A stretch of DNA of 64,000 bases, taken from a virus. Position numbers and translations under genes: made by a program. Positions within the stretch are counted from its first letter, which is position 1, and each line of letters starts with the position of its first letter. The stretch spans positions 16,961 to 80,960 of the IMG/VR virus record IMGVR_UViG_3300045988_080038; one strand, 5' to 3'. Positions 7,713 to 16,665 of this stretch are shown piece after piece. The notes under the pieces are model-generated. The model searched no databases. It saw nothing but the letters and a program-made list of their open reading frames with translations, and had not been told where the DNA came from.

Positions 7713-10700
7713 TACTGTAATCTCCTTTCTAATTCCTTGATACGTTTCTCTTGCTCGTCAACCTTTGCGCTAAGTTCCTGTATGGCTTTAATGGCGTAGT
7801 TGAGAAGGTACGGACTGTTAATCTGTTTAATGTCCATCTCACCGTTTTCGTCATAACCGCCGCCCAGAGCCAAGTTCGGGTCGATTTCCTCCAGTTCGTC
7901 CGCCACGAAACCGATGTTTTGATGCCATCCACCCATCCGCTCTTTCCAGTCAAATTGACGGACTTTCATTCGATTGACCGTTTCGAGAGCGTCTGTTTCG
8001 CTGGCTTCGATGTTTTCTTTTAGGCGGATGTCGGACGGGGCTGAACCGGAATAAAATTTACTCGTTACAAAATTTTTAGCACCAGTAAACTGTCCTCTAA
8101 CTTCGATATAGTTTTTATAGCTAGTTCCAATGTCGGTGCCTCCAGTCTGTGTTTGACCGCATCCGATAAACGCCACTTTTTTTCCAACAGTTCCCAGTGT
8201 AGCTATAGGCCTTCTTCTGACAGGGCTTCTTTCATCGGTTTGCTCTGAATCCTCGAAAGAGAAACTTCCCTGCACATAAGCGCCGCCTTTCAATCCAGCG
8301 GCCCTCTCAACAGTGAGGCTTCCATTTGTCAAAATGTTTGCCCCAAGTTCGCATCCGTCCGTAAAAAGTGAGTTTGTATTTATTCGGACTTTATTGTTCA
8401 GATAGCGAACAATGTAGCCTTCCCACTTTTTGCTCGTATCACCTTCCATCCAAAGTTCAAGCACTTTATTTTGAACTTTCTGTGCATACAGTCCGTATTT
8501 TCCAAGCATCAGTGCATTGTAGTTGTCTGCATCTGTGTAGTCCGTATACAATCGCAATCCGGCAGTATTAAGAGATACCATTGGATTTCCGGTGTTCTTA
8601 TTAAGTACGACATATCCGGTATATCCTAATCTCGATATCTGATTTCCGTCAGCATCGTAAATCTTCAACTGACCGTTTCCGTTATTCGTGCCACCAAGAC
8701 TGATAACGCCACCTTTCATGGCATTGAATGAAATAAACAGCGTCTGGTTTCCACTCTCATCCTTTTCGTAGTACAGCCCTTTGAACTTCCCATCGTCTGA
8801 CAAGATATCGACTATCTGTTCCTGTGTCAGTGATGCCACATCAACCGCAACGGAAAAAGTCTGGTAGTCCGCAAGCTTCGTTTTCGACTGGTCAAAGTAC
8901 AGTGAAACCTTGAGCATGTCATGGGCCTTGAGTGACAGTCCGTTGACATTGATGTTCAATCGGTCAAGTGCCGCAGTCTGTGATACCGTGAGCGCTGACC
9001 ATGTAGCGCCGTTGTCAGTGGATTTTTCCAGTTTCCACCAACCTTTTTGTGACTGTGCAACTTCTCCGTTTCCGTCACGATAGAACGAATCTACGATGAG
9101 CGGTGCCGGTGTTATCTTCTTATCTGCTCCCATCAGTAACACATCCGCATTGCTCTGGAAGAAGTAAGTCCTTCCGGCAGTCCCCGGTTCACCCTTAATT
9201 TTCGTCCAGCTGTATTTCGCCGGGTCGGTGCTATCGTCCGGCGTGTAATCGGTATACTGACCGATATACAGCTTATTGACACTATCATCTACGGAGAAGC
9301 CTGTTCTACCATCCGCACTATTCGCATATGCGATATGGAAGTACGGCGTCTTTCCGTTCGCTCCCGGTGTTCCCGGCACGCCTTGCGCTCCTTGGTCGCC
9401 TTCAAACTTGGCCCATGTGTACTTTGTCGGGTCGGTACTGTCAACGCCGGAAAAGTCCGTATAAGTTCCGATGTACTTGTTTGGTGTCTTGCTCATCTGC
9501 GCCGCTGTCGGGTTCTGTACCGGTGCGTACTGGATATGCAGATACGTTGTCTTTCCATCTGTTCCAATGCCCGGAATTCCCTGCGGTCCGGCGTACTGTT
9601 TCGCAAGTGAGAACTGTTTCGATACGACAAGGTTATTCAAGTATGCCGCCTTGATGTTCACCCATCCGCTGTCTGCGGTCAGTCCGGTGACAGTGTATGT
9701 CTTAGTCTCCTTATTCCAGTTTCCCTGTATGTTCTGGGACGTCGTAATCGTGTACGTACAGTTGTCTGTAATATCCTGTGTGCCGTACATGACGGTCGCT
9801 GTTGTGGTGCACTCCGGGAACTCTGTATAGTTACCGTCGCTGTCAACCGGGATTCCCTGATAGTCGTTATCAAGCTGCATGGTCATGTTTCTGGCTAGGG
9901 ACGCCGCTTCAAGGGCCTCTTCTGCTTTTGTGTCATCCGTATATTTATTCAGTTTCTGCCAATCCGACTGAACATAAGATGCTCCCTTTGCTCTTGAAAC
10001 TGTACAGGTAAGGATATCTCCACCTTCACTCTCTCCTTGCGACCATAAATCACCGATATCGTAAGGCGGCTGCGGCTTTGTCACAAACACTCTGCGCTTA
10101 TGGTCCGCGGTATCCTGTGCGTCCTCAGCTGCTTTCATTGCTTTCGTGATATCGGTATCTTGTACCAATGTCCAGCCCCACGTTGCTCCATCCTGCATAA
10201 AACGATATGCGTAACCGGTCGTTTTGTTGAAAAACAAATCACCGATATGCTTCTTTCTTTCCGTTGCATTTGTCCAGTCTGATGCAGGCTTGTTCTGAAG
10301 TGTAGGTTCATAATCGTAATAGAACGTTTCAATCTGGCCATCTATCTGGTCTTGCAACTCTCCCAGTGAACCAGTTACCGTTTCAGCATAGTCAGATAGT
10401 TTTCCGTCTGAATAATCCTTGCTCTCTTGGAGATAGTTTGCGAATGTTTGATTGAGAGATTTCCCTCCACCAATTTGAACACTTCCGTCGAGATATACGG
10501 ATTTTGTGTCCATATCCACAGAGAAGATAATGCTTCCATCGGTATCTGTTACCGTGATTGCTCCGGCATTAATCCAGTCAGCATTAACACCAACAGCGTT
10601 CAAAATTCTCACAATCGTATCTCCGTCAACAGTCATTCCACCATTCCATGTTTGCCCGCCATCGGTTGAAACACCCCATGCTTCTGCGGTCATCTTCCAT

Positions 10701-12061
10701 ACAGCCTTTGATTCCGCAAGTGTGGGTTTATCATGTAAGTAAAATATCTGGCTGCCATCCTGTTGAGTCTGGACTGTGGTATATACGCCGGTGGAATTGT
10801 CAAGCCGGTCTTTAAACTCTTGTAATGCCTGCTCTCGGGTGGTTCGCTCTCTCCAAACGGATTTTCTGGCATCCACAGCTGCTTGTGTTACAAGTGAATA
10901 AGTCTTTGAACTATTCCGGGCCGCACTTTCGGCATTGCAGGATATCTGCTCGAACGATCCCGGTTGCAGCACAACATTTGTCAAAAAGCTTTTATACTTA
11001 TTTCCTTTCCGGTCAGTAATCAGAACAGCATCGCCGGCTTCAAGAACTATATCGGTCAAACATTCCGTTTCAAACGGTCGGAAAGACATTCCGACGCATT
11101 TTTCGCCGATCATATTCGCAACAACTTCGCCGGTTCCCTGCGGGATCAGCTTATTTTCACTAATCTTCAGAACGTATCCTTCTTCTCCGTACAGATACGA
11201 ACTTGCTTCTTCGTCCGTAGATGTGGATTCCAGATACTCTGTTACCTGCACACCAGTTATCACTACATCGTCCAAGTTTGGGGTAAAACCATTAGTGGAT
11301 TTTATAGTTACTCTGTTCGCATCGGTAATTTCCGTATCATACCATTTTATAGTCAATCTGCCGTATTTATCGCATCTGGCGTACTGGCATCCGATCTGGC
11401 ATGTCCATGCAATGACTTGTCTGAAGGTCAGTGCTTCATCATCAGGTCTTGCTGGTATCTGGTAAGAATCCTGATAGAAATTAAGTGTGTCCAGTGTTAC
11501 TCCGCACACCTTGCAAGCATCCTGTATGATTTGTTTCCTTGTCGCCGGATATTTCAGCTTACTTGCAGAATAATCACGGTCGAACTTCCGCATGTTATCT
11601 TCGCATTCCAGTTCGATAATCGTAGTATTCTGGTACGGAGTATCTATGACTGTCATTGTACATATTCGGATTTTTTCTATCAGAGCATTTTTGTGCACTA
11701 TGATTTCGTTACCGGTCGTATCCAGAATCTTATCACCCGTGGTATCAAGCAATGCGCTGGTATCTTCCGGTTCAAGTTCGATTCCTACGTAGCAGATCAC
11801 CGTAGCATCCGTAAAATCATAATCTGTATATTTTCCATCAAAGTTATTGATTGATAGGTTCAAAGTATTGATATTTGCGGACCCGATGTTAAACGTGTTG
11901 TCGTCAGACACGGAATCCTCGAACTTCATACCATTCGACCAAAAATCAGCGTTGGTAAGATTGATAACTGTCCCATCCGTCAGCGTTATGTCAGCGTATT
12001 TTAAATAATTCCTGTTATCGTTATTTTGTTCATTCTTGAATCTGTTTGAAATATCTCTCAA
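7712..12061 (-). CDS. Tail tip/anti-receptor fibre protein with collagen-like repeats and C-terminal S74 intramolecular chaperone domain
   Basis: 1449 aa. Two tandem modules of about 55 aa, GxY stretch + YxHIxYA...YIGxYTD...DSTDPxKYxWxK (aa 825-965). C-terminal SDIRLKENIE...VRQFDWK (peptidase S74 type). Confidence 0.8.
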   Translation of the reverse strand: MRDISNRFKNEQNNDNRNYLKYADITLTDGTVINLTNADFWSNGMKFEDSVSDDNTFNIGSANINTLNLSINNFDGKYTDYDFTDATVICYVGIELEPEDTSALLDTTGDKILDTTGNEIIVHKNALIEKIRICTMTVIDTPYQNTTIIELECEDNMRKFDRDYSASKLKYPATRKQIIQDACKVCGVTLDTLNFYQDSYQIPARPDDEALTFRQVIAWTCQIGCQYARCDKYGRLTIKWYDTEITDANRVTIKSTNGFTPNLDDVVITGVQVTEYLESTSTDEEASSYLYGEEGYVLKISENKLIPQGTGEVVANMIGEKCVGMSFRPFETECLTDIVLEAGDAVLITDRKGNKYKSFLTNVVLQPGSFEQISCNAESAARNSSKTYSLVTQAAVDARKSVWRERTTREQALQEFKDRLDNSTGVYTTVQTQQDGSQIFYLHDKPTLAESKAVWKMTAEAWGVSTDGGQTWNGGMTVDGDTIVRILNAVGVNADWINAGAITVTDTDGSIIFSVDMDTKSVYLDGSVQIGGGKSLNQTFANYLQESKDYSDGKLSDYAETVTGSLGELQDQIDGQIETFYYDYEPTLQNKPASDWTNATERKKHIGDLFFNKTTGYAYRFMQDGATWGWTLVQDTDITKAMKAAEDAQDTADHKRRVFVTKPQPPYDIGDLWSQGESEGGDILTCTVSRAKGASYVQSDWQKLNKYTDDTKAEEALEAASLARNMTMQLDNDYQGIPVDSDGNYTEFPECTTTATVMYGTQDITDNCTYTITTSQNIQGNWNKETKTYTVTGLTADSGWVNIKAAYLNNLVVSKQFSLAKQYAGPQGIPGIGTDGKTTYLHIQYAPVQNPTAAQMSKTPNKYIGTYTDFSGVDSTDPTKYTWAKFEGDQGAQGVPGTPGANGKTPYFHIAYANSADGRTGFSVDDSVNKLYIGQYTDYTPDDSTDPAKYSWTKIKGEPGTAGRTYFFQSNADVLLMGADKKITPAPLIVDSFYRDGNGEVAQSQKGWWKLEKSTDNGATWSALTVSQTAALDRLNINVNGLSLKAHDMLKVSLYFDQSKTKLADYQTFSVAVDVASLTQEQIVDILSDDGKFKGLYYEKDESGNQTLFISFNAMKGGVISLGGTNNGNGQLKIYDADGNQISRLGYTGYVVLNKNTGNPMVSLNTAGLRLYTDYTDADNYNALMLGKYGLYAQKVQNKVLELWMEGDTSKKWEGYIVRYLNNKVRINTNSLFTDGCELGANILTNGSLTVERAAGLKGGAYVQGSFSFEDSEQTDERSPVRRRPIATLGTVGKKVAFIGCGQTQTGGTDIGTSYKNYIEVRGQFTGAKNFVTSKFYSGSAPSDIRLKENIEASETDALETVNRMKVRQFDWKERMGGWHQNIGFVADELEEIDPNLALGGGYDENGEMDIKQINSPYLLNYAIKAIQELSAKVDEQEKRIKELERRLQ

Positions 12062-12072
12062 TCTCTCACCTC

Positions 12073-12438
12073 CTATTGCTCGATCAAGTCAAATTGCAAT
12101 CCTTCCATCCGTTGATTCCCGACCCACCAGCACTTAAAAGGAGCGGACCGGTCGCCAACATAAAAGGTTCGGACTTCGTGTTTGTTTCCAGACAAGAGAT
12201 CGGGATATTCAACAGAAATGTACTCTGGGTTGACCGCCTGCACGATTTTGCAAGCTTTTTCCCATTCCGGTGCGTTCCAACCTATTTCCAATTTTCTCTT
12301 TTGACCAACACGATTCTTGTGCATGATCGTGTCATCAGTACGCCCGGATTCTGACGCTGATATGTCCTGAAGCCCCCATGTAAAAGAGGACGGACAAGGC
12401 ATCGCTGCACCATTAATTTTTATAAAAACGTCTGCCAT
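12073..12438 (-). CDS. Small tail-tip module protein (possible distal tail component)
   Basis: ORF track. Position immediately upstream of the tail tip gene. GAGGTG RBS. Confidence 0.35.
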   Translation of the reverse strand: MADVFIKINGAAMPCPSSFTWGLQDISASESGRTDDTIMHKNRVGQKRKLEIGWNAPEWEKACKIVQAVNPEYISVEYPDLLSGNKHEVRTFYVGDRSAPFKCWWVGNQRMEGLQFDLIEQ

Positions 12439-12462
12439 TGAATAATCACCTCATTTTTGCGC

Positions 12463-12492
12463 ATGAAAAAAGCGCCTATCAAAGATAGACGC
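12463..12492 (-). terminator. Intrinsic terminator-like hairpin just upstream of tail-tip genes
   Basis: Minus strand AGCGTCTATcttgATAGGCGCT followed by TTTTT. Preceded by a TATAAT box (12510-12505). Confidence 0.4.
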
Positions 12493-12557
12493 TTTATGAT
12501 TATTCATTATACTTTTTTGGCGTAATATGATTCCATATTTTTACATATGATATTCAG

Positions 12558-12590
12558 ATAAAAAGAAAGAACCGGAGATTTCTCTCCGGT
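12558..12590 (-). terminator. Intrinsic terminator after Big_2 gene
   Basis: Minus strand ACCGGAGA-GAAA-TCTCCGGT followed by TCTTTCTTTTTAT. Confidence 0.6.
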
Positions 12591-12598
12591 CCATAGCT

Positions 12599-13486
12599 TT
12601 ATTTATAAACTACTTTGTACATTGCTCTACGATACGATTTCACTTTTCCATAACGATTATTATTTGTAAACTGCACCATTTCGACAACGTGTGTTCCAGA
12701 TTTTATATAAATGTCGTCCAATGATCCCCCTCCGCTAACAGAAGTGCCGTGATTTTGATCCCAAAGCGTTCCGTCAATATAGACATACGTCATTAATTCC
12801 CGGTCAACATTATTTGCTGAAAAATTGATATATCCCATTGGAAATTGTTTATATAACTGCATAAGTACGGTTTTACCATTCGTACTTCTTTGAGAATTAT
12901 ATTCAATAAAGAAATCTGCATCTCCACACTCTTTTTGATTTGGTAAAAGCATCTTAAGTTTGCTAGGTGTGTTCTTGACCGTGACTTTGCACTTAAATAT
13001 TTTACCAGACGCACTTCTGGCGGAAGCATAAGCAGTTCCGACATTTTTTCCACTAATCTTACCGGTTGACGAAACTGTTACAACTTTGGTGTTTGAAGAT
13101 TTCCATCTGTATTTCTGTTTCGTATTCAGCATTTTAAGCTGCGCCGTTTTTCCTTTGTACAGTGAAATATTTGAGCTGCTGATCCTCGGTGCTTCTACTG
13201 TCACCAAACACCGATAACTCTTCTTCCCGGTTTTGGCAGTGATCGTAGCTGCTCCTCGGGTCTTTGCTGTTACTTTTCCGGTGCTATTCACAATCGCATT
13301 TCTTGAGCTGCTGAACCATTTTGGTTTCGCTTTTGTTCCGACCATCTTCAGCTGCATCGTTTGTCCCGTGCAAATCGTCACCTTCGTTTTGTTGATTTTA
13401 ACCGTTGCCGCTGATACTGGAACTGCCATGGCAAGCGCCATAATCATTGCCAGCAAGATCACTGAAAACTTTTTCCACCTTTTCAT
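12599..13486 (-). CDS. Secreted Big_2 (bacterial Ig-like) repeat protein
   Basis: Signal peptide MKRWKKFSVILLAMIMALAMAVPVSA. About three repeats of the type TxxxGxTxQLK...WxSSNxxVxTVSSTGKxxxKxxGTAxIxA. Confidence 0.7.
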   Translation of the reverse strand: MKRWKKFSVILLAMIMALAMAVPVSAATVKINKTKVTICTGQTMQLKMVGTKAKPKWFSSSRNAIVNSTGKVTAKTRGAATITAKTGKKSYRCLVTVEAPRISSSNISLYKGKTAQLKMLNTKQKYRWKSSNTKVVTVSSTGKISGKNVGTAYASARSASGKIFKCKVTVKNTPSKLKMLLPNQKECGDADFFIEYNSQRSTNGKTVLMQLYKQFPMGYINFSANNVDRELMTYVYIDGTLWDQNHGTSVSGGGSLDDIYIKSGTHVVEMVQFTNNNRYGKVKSYRRAMYKVVYK

Positions 13487-13651
13487 TTTCTTCTTCCTCC
13501 CTTGGATTGATAGCTCAATTATACATCTGATAAAGAGAAACTACAATGAGAATCACAGTAATTGATTAGGCAAAATCACGCAGAATCCATTTTTTTGTGT
13601 TTCCGTGGAGTTTTATCGTTCAAAAAAAATCGTGCCCGTATTTAAGCCGTT

Positions 13652-14287
13652 TTATTTGAGTAAGGCTGTGTCAATGATCTGAAAGTTTGCCCGGTGGATG
13701 TAAAGGGCTTTCCCGTCAATCATGAGCTTTGTCATTTTCGGCAACTTCTTCGGAATTTTCCAGTATACTTCGTTACCAGAATATGCTGTAATAGGTTGCC
13801 CAAGCTGAGATTTAATCACAACAACTCTAGATTTTCCGAAATAATTCTTGTATTGATTTACAATCCCGGTAACGTAAGTATTGTCAGAAAGTTTTCCTGT
13901 AGATTGACTGTAAATATCAGTCTGCTCAAAATCCACATCCGGCTCCAGGCCGTCCTGCTCAAATATGCAGGTATCACCACAACTCTGAATTTCTTTGCCA
14001 TCAATATTGATTGTAATCACGGATGACAGCTCGTATCCGCTGACCACAGTTCCATCACTGTTGTAAGAAGTTGTCTCAACCGGATTCCCTTGAACATTGA
14101 TCTTGTCGCCAACCGTGGTCATAACCTTTTCACCGTAGTTGTCGTAAGTACGGATTGTATATCCATTTCCAACCAGATCGCCTTTGATGTCATTAATAGC
14201 ATCGTCCATCAGAGCGCATCCGGCAGCCCCTCCGGCAAAGCACAGACACAGGATTGCCAGTAACATGATTTTTAATTTTTTCTTCAT
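13652..14287 (-). CDS. Lipoprotein
   Basis: MKKKLKIMLLAILCLCFAGGAAGC lipobox-type signal. Confidence 0.7.
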   Translation of the reverse strand: MKKKLKIMLLAILCLCFAGGAAGCALMDDAINDIKGDLVGNGYTIRTYDNYGEKVMTTVGDKINVQGNPVETTSYNSDGTVVSGYELSSVITINIDGKEIQSCGDTCIFEQDGLEPDVDFEQTDIYSQSTGKLSDNTYVTGIVNQYKNYFGKSRVVVIKSQLGQPITAYSGNEVYWKIPKKLPKMTKLMIDGKALYIHRANFQIIDTALLK

Positions 14288-14445
14288 CTTTTTTCCTCCT
14301 TGTCGTCAAAATGATGGTATCCCCATTTAGGGATTAAAATAAATGCCAGCAATGGCCACGCTGAACCTGTCACTTTACAGGCCGTGGCAATAGCTGCTGA
14401 ACAAGCGATCACTGATACTGCGTTCAGAATCATAACATATTCCAT
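14284..14445 (-). CDS. Small membrane peptide (53 aa)
   Basis: MEYVMILNAVSVIACSAAIATACKVTGSAWPLLAFILIPKWGY.... Stop overlaps the lipoprotein ATG (ATGA). Not in the ORF track (<60 aa). Confidence 0.35.
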   Translation of the reverse strand: MEYVMILNAVSVIACSAAIATACKVTGSAWPLLAFILIPKWGYHHFDDKEEKR

Positions 14446-14558
14446 TTTCTTTCCCTACTTTCTTGATAATTGATTGAATAAAATCGGCTAGAATCCATTT
14501 TTATGTGTTACGTGAGGAAATTATCACCTGCGGTATTTCAAACGGATTTTGGATTGAT

Positions 14559-15641
14559 TTAGTCAATGTATTCTTGGTTATCCCATTTCTGCTTTACCCG
14601 TTCACACAAGATTCTCTGATTCTCCTCAGCGAAGAACAGCCAGATATGACGGTCAAAGCTTTTTCCGTTTCGTTGGCCAAGGTCTGACTTGAAGAACTCA
14701 TCTATCATGTCCTGATAGAACCGGAGCTCATCCTTTTCTTCCACGTCCGCTTTCAGAAGCGGTGAATCATCGCCAATGATAACACCCATGAACTGATCTG
14801 CGTATTCGGCAGAAATCATTATATGCTGTTCACCCATGTGTTCCCGGTACTGCTTGAAGTAATAAGCGATAACTGCCATGGTCAGACAAATGTCATGATC
14901 TTCCAGAATGTTCTCCTGTTCACCATACAGCGAATTAAACTTATTGTACAAAATCTGTGGTACATCTTCGTACCGGTATTTCTCAGAACGATTTTTCTGT
15001 TTTTGCTTGCGGTACACTTCCTTCTGCTCAGTTGTCCGTGAGGGTATATTATTTATATCTAGTATGTTAATATTATTAGGAGCAGAAGTCTTTGAACCTT
15101 TACCATTCTTTGGTAAAGTCTTTTTCTCTTTATTTGATAAAATAAAGTCTTTATCTGTATTCTTTTCTTCTGTTATACTTATTCCCTTGTTATACTTATA
15201 CATGCAGATTTCCTCACCACGGGAGGTGCATTTTTTCTCACCGTCCCCCATGTGTTTTTTCTCACCATGTTCAGAAGATTGTTTTATCTCATGTTCATTG
15301 ATAAATTCTTCGTAAAATTTTTCTGTCAAAACAAGATGCCTACAATGAATAACTTTTGGGTTTTCTTTTTCGTATTCGTACCATGCTTCTACATATCCCT
15401 CTGTTTTTAATCCATTTAGCATTGACTGAACGGTACGTTCTGATACACCAATGAAATCCGCAAAATGCCGATTGCTTGCAAAACAATCTCCGCTTTTATC
15501 TTTCTTGCGAAGACTATATATTTCCACTAATAAAAATTTTTCTCTAGGGCTGAATTTGTTTGTAAGATATAATCGTGACGGTATAAAAACGCCAGTAAAA
15601 TCTCGTTCTCTTTTTTCGGAAATAGACTGTTCTTTTCTCAT
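14559..15641 (-). CDS. HTH (HTH_36-like) protein, possible replication/regulatory protein of an inserted cassette
   Basis: N-terminal FIPSRLYLTNKFSPREKFLLVEIYSL...SNRHFADFIGVSERTVQSMLNGLKTEGYV winged-helix pattern. Confidence 0.5.
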   Translation of the reverse strand: MRKEQSISEKRERDFTGVFIPSRLYLTNKFSPREKFLLVEIYSLRKKDKSGDCFASNRHFADFIGVSERTVQSMLNGLKTEGYVEAWYEYEKENPKVIHCRHLVLTEKFYEEFINEHEIKQSSEHGEKKHMGDGEKKCTSRGEEICMYKYNKGISITEEKNTDKDFILSNKEKKTLPKNGKGSKTSAPNNINILDINNIPSRTTEQKEVYRKQKQKNRSEKYRYEDVPQILYNKFNSLYGEQENILEDHDICLTMAVIAYYFKQYREHMGEQHIMISAEYADQFMGVIIGDDSPLLKADVEEKDELRFYQDMIDEFFKSDLGQRNGKSFDRHIWLFFAEENQRILCERVKQKWDNQEYID

Positions 15642-15775
15642 AATAGATAACCTCCTTGTTGGTCGTCGGCATCTCCATAATATGCCAGAATCCTTGATTT
15701 ATAAAAACAGTAGGCAGGTGCATCAAGGTTTACACTTTTCGGCGGCCAACCTAGCCTACTGAATTTAACTAAATA

Positions 15776-16141
15776 TTAAATACCGTACTTTTCTTTATTG
15801 TATTTTTCTCTATCCATGTCGGATTTTATTCTTACCCATTTATCAATTTCTACCATTGTTTCACACAAATTTTTCATCATGTTTATTCCAAACATAGGGA
15901 TGCTCCCGCATTCTGAGACGATTTTAAAATCAAGACTTGCAATTCCTTTATTGTTTTTATCAGGATTAAATCCAGTTAACAAAAAGTGATATCGGCTATG
16001 TAACTTCGAAGGTAATAAAATTAAATTATTAATATCATTGTTGCTTCTGTCAAAGTCAATATGGTGGATTACATAGCTACTGTCGAAATCAATCCCATAA
16101 TAGTCTTTGTAATATTTACGGTAATTAAAAGATTTTGCCAT
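15776..16141 (-). CDS. HNH endonuclease
   Basis: VIHHIDFDRSNNDINNLILLPSKLHSRYH HNH motif. Confidence 0.7.
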   Translation of the reverse strand: MAKSFNYRKYYKDYYGIDFDSSYVIHHIDFDRSNNDINNLILLPSKLHSRYHFLLTGFNPDKNNKGIASLDFKIVSECGSIPMFGINMMKNLCETMVEIDKWVRIKSDMDREKYNKEKYGI

Positions 16142-16255
16142 AGAAAAATACCTGCCTTTCGTATAAAAGATGCCTTGAATGTATGTAAATCAACAGGCAG
16201 GCGGCAAGGCATTTCCGCTTGTCCCCCGTCGGGTAAGCCTGTTGGTTTTACCGTA

Positions 16256-16474
16256 TTATTTTTCGAATGAAATAAATCCATGATTTACCAATTCGTTTAA
16301 AGCTTTTTCGACAACTGCTTTGCTCTCTGAAACATATTCGCAGATTTCATCCAGTTCAAAGTCTGTTCCATCAAGGCTCATCAATATGCCGTATATTCCT
16401 TTTGCTTCCAACGATAGACTATTGTTGAGCATAATATTTCTGTCAACTAATCCATATGGCTTCATTTGCTTCAT
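16256..16474 (-). CDS. Small winged-helix DNA-binding protein
   Basis: LSLEAKGIYGILMSL...ICEYVSESKAVVEKALNELVNHGFI HTH_36-like pattern. Confidence 0.5.
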   Translation of the reverse strand: MKQMKPYGLVDRNIMLNNSLSLEAKGIYGILMSLDGTDFELDEICEYVSESKAVVEKALNELVNHGFISFEK

Positions 16475-16665
16475 TCCCTTCTATAAAACAAAAAAGAGCA
16501 GACTCCAAGACGGTATCACGGGAAACGGGTCACTGTTTCAACCCAAGTAAATATCATCTTAAAAGTCTGCTCAATATTTTGTTTTTTTCGCACAATATAA
16601 CAAGATATAGGTGTTACTTGTTACTCATTCATTATACCGCAATCAGAAAGAAATGGCAATGGTTT

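Noticed and set aside
7069-7760. Invertible segment (shufflon-like) around the 152-aa fibre-associated gene next to the tyrosine recombinase
   Set aside because: No matching inverted repeats were found flanking 7254..7712. Only a local 9-bp inverted repeat lies near the recombinase RBS.
10964-11854. 296-aa plus-strand ORF (and several others at 9276-11465) inside the tail fibre gene
   Set aside because: It is antisense to a well-supported 1449-aa gene. It has no RBS, and the composition is Cys/Phe/Arg-rich, typical of shadow ORFs.
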